A stretch of 64,000 nt of DNA from Eukaryota sp. GEM-RC1 (lineage: Eukaryota): positions 1,178,001 through 1,242,000 of the forward strand of contig JAUFOQ010000003.1 in assembly GCA_040285855.1 (NCBI GenBank), given 5' to 3'. A program made the translations under genes and the position numbers. Below are positions 62,810 through 64,000 of this stretch, in pieces. Below the pieces are notes generated by a model, which did not search any database, was not told the origin of the DNA, and worked only from the letters and a program-made list of their open reading frames with translations. Position 1 is the stretch's first letter, and every line of letters starts with the position of its first letter.

Positions 62810-62998
62810 TGTTGGTCTTTGTGCCCTTAAATGATTATACCGCAATTTTTGGCAGAACTTTTGGCGGAACCATAAAAAATTGAGGTAAAAATGATTATAC
62901 ATACAATTAAAGAACCTTTTTAGAAGGAAAAGAACCTCTATGGATGGGGGGGAAGTAAAAACTCGATATGAAATACACAACACTATAGAACTACAACA
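62810..62998 (-). mobile_element. Solo LTR of a sister family of the 41922-48100 element, interrupted by a 50-bp insertion
   Basis: Starts TGTTGGTCTTTGTGC and ends AACTACAACA like the 129-bp LTR; shares internal AGAACCTTT..AAGGA.AAGAACCTCTA; flanks CTTA / CCTA (3 of 4 TSD match). Confidence 0.85.
62838..62887. mobile_element. 50-bp TIR mini-element nested in the solo LTR
   Basis: TACCGCAATTTTT ... AAAAATTGAGGTA (12/13 inverted match) flanked by duplicated AAATGATTA. Confidence 0.6.
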
Positions 62999-64000
62999 CC
63001 TATTGATCTAAATCTCTGATCTTTGAAACTCAAATAGCGTTCGGAAAAGTGTCAACGATAGCCCATGTCTTGATTTACCGGAGGAGAATAAAAATTTTAC
63101 GGATGTATACGATTAGACTATATGGAATAAAAGTCATCGGATCACTTAATAGATTTATATATTTGTTGCCCAAATTTGACAATACCAATAAAATACAGTT
63201 TATCACATCCCTCAGAAGAAGACCAGTAACAGGGCAGGGCTAGTAATGGGGGGGCTAGTACTAGGGAAGAAAGCACTTTCCTTAAACGTTTTCAATAGAC
63301 AATTTAACAATTTTTTTAGTGACAATGTTTATTCCAAAACTACCAGTACGTCGTGTTAATCAATCCTAAATATACTCATCTTCATCTGAAAGATCTATAG
63401 GTTCTTTTTCTCTGTCAGAACCAGTATCAGACCCATCGGGAAAACAATCCAAAATTTCAACTCTGGAACTAAAAATCTACAACACTATGGAGGGCTAGTA
63501 TCAGGAATTATACTAGCCTACCCTTCGTGACTATTATTAGGGAAGGGCTAGTAATAGGTTAATTAGAATAATTCTTCGAAATAAAATCCAATTTCCACAA
63601 TTTCTAATCAGGTTATGGGTTTACTGCACTTCCTAGTCATCGTTGTCGTAGTTGTAGCAATTCCTTGCCAATGTCCTGATGACAATTGTGACTCTTATCG
63701 CCATTCCCTTCCCTCCTGTCATTGCTTTTGTCAGACAGTGGCCAACGATCTTCATCTCAGTGCTAGCGATGCAATTTGTACCTATATTCCTCCGTCACAC
63801 TTGTCCTCTGGCCGCTGCCTATTTTGCAGTTATAAACTCAAACACGCCCCCCAGTTTCCGCATTCCCTAATCTTTGGGTCTCACTCCAGCTTGCCAATGA
63901 CAGATATGAATGGACATATTCACTTCCCGATCCATCATTGCTTCTGTCCCTTATCTGATTGTACCAAGTATTCTGGATCTCGTCAGGATTGTCACTCTTT

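Noticed and set aside
63620..64000. More GC-balanced, coding-looking stretch at the window end
   Set aside because: The minus-strand frames contain stops and no motif was recognised on either strand; possibly a decayed element, but unsupported.

Overview
Eukaryotic DNA from a gene-dense, AT-rich microbial eukaryote. It has tiny 28-31 nt GT-AG introns, an RPD3-class HDAC, eIF4G and a Pol III tRNA; the intron 3' ends look metamonad-like, which is inference only. Positions 1-39616 are best read as one giant, apparently intron-free + strand gene of >13,000 codons whose 5' end lies upstream of the window. It encodes a repeat-built beta-solenoid/adhesin-like ectodomain, PMP-like GGAI/FxxN repeats, Cys-rich repeats and a multi-pass membrane C-terminus. 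Sixteen single-base frameshifts, mostly in homopolymers and probably long-read errors, split it into 17 ORFs. The rest holds: a complete Ty3/gypsy chromodomain LTR retrotransposon (identical 129-bp LTRs, GGAG TSD, gag ATG inside the LTR, no canonical PBS); two non-autonomous hAT elements with 8-bp TSDs; a Rab3GAP2-like gene; eIF4G; a 5'-truncated RLE-type non-LTR retroelement; HDAC head-to-head (35 bp) with a secreted six-hairpin glycosidase; a catalase; tRNA-Val(AAC); and a related solo LTR carrying a 50-bp TIR insertion. All calls are by eye; no database searches were run.
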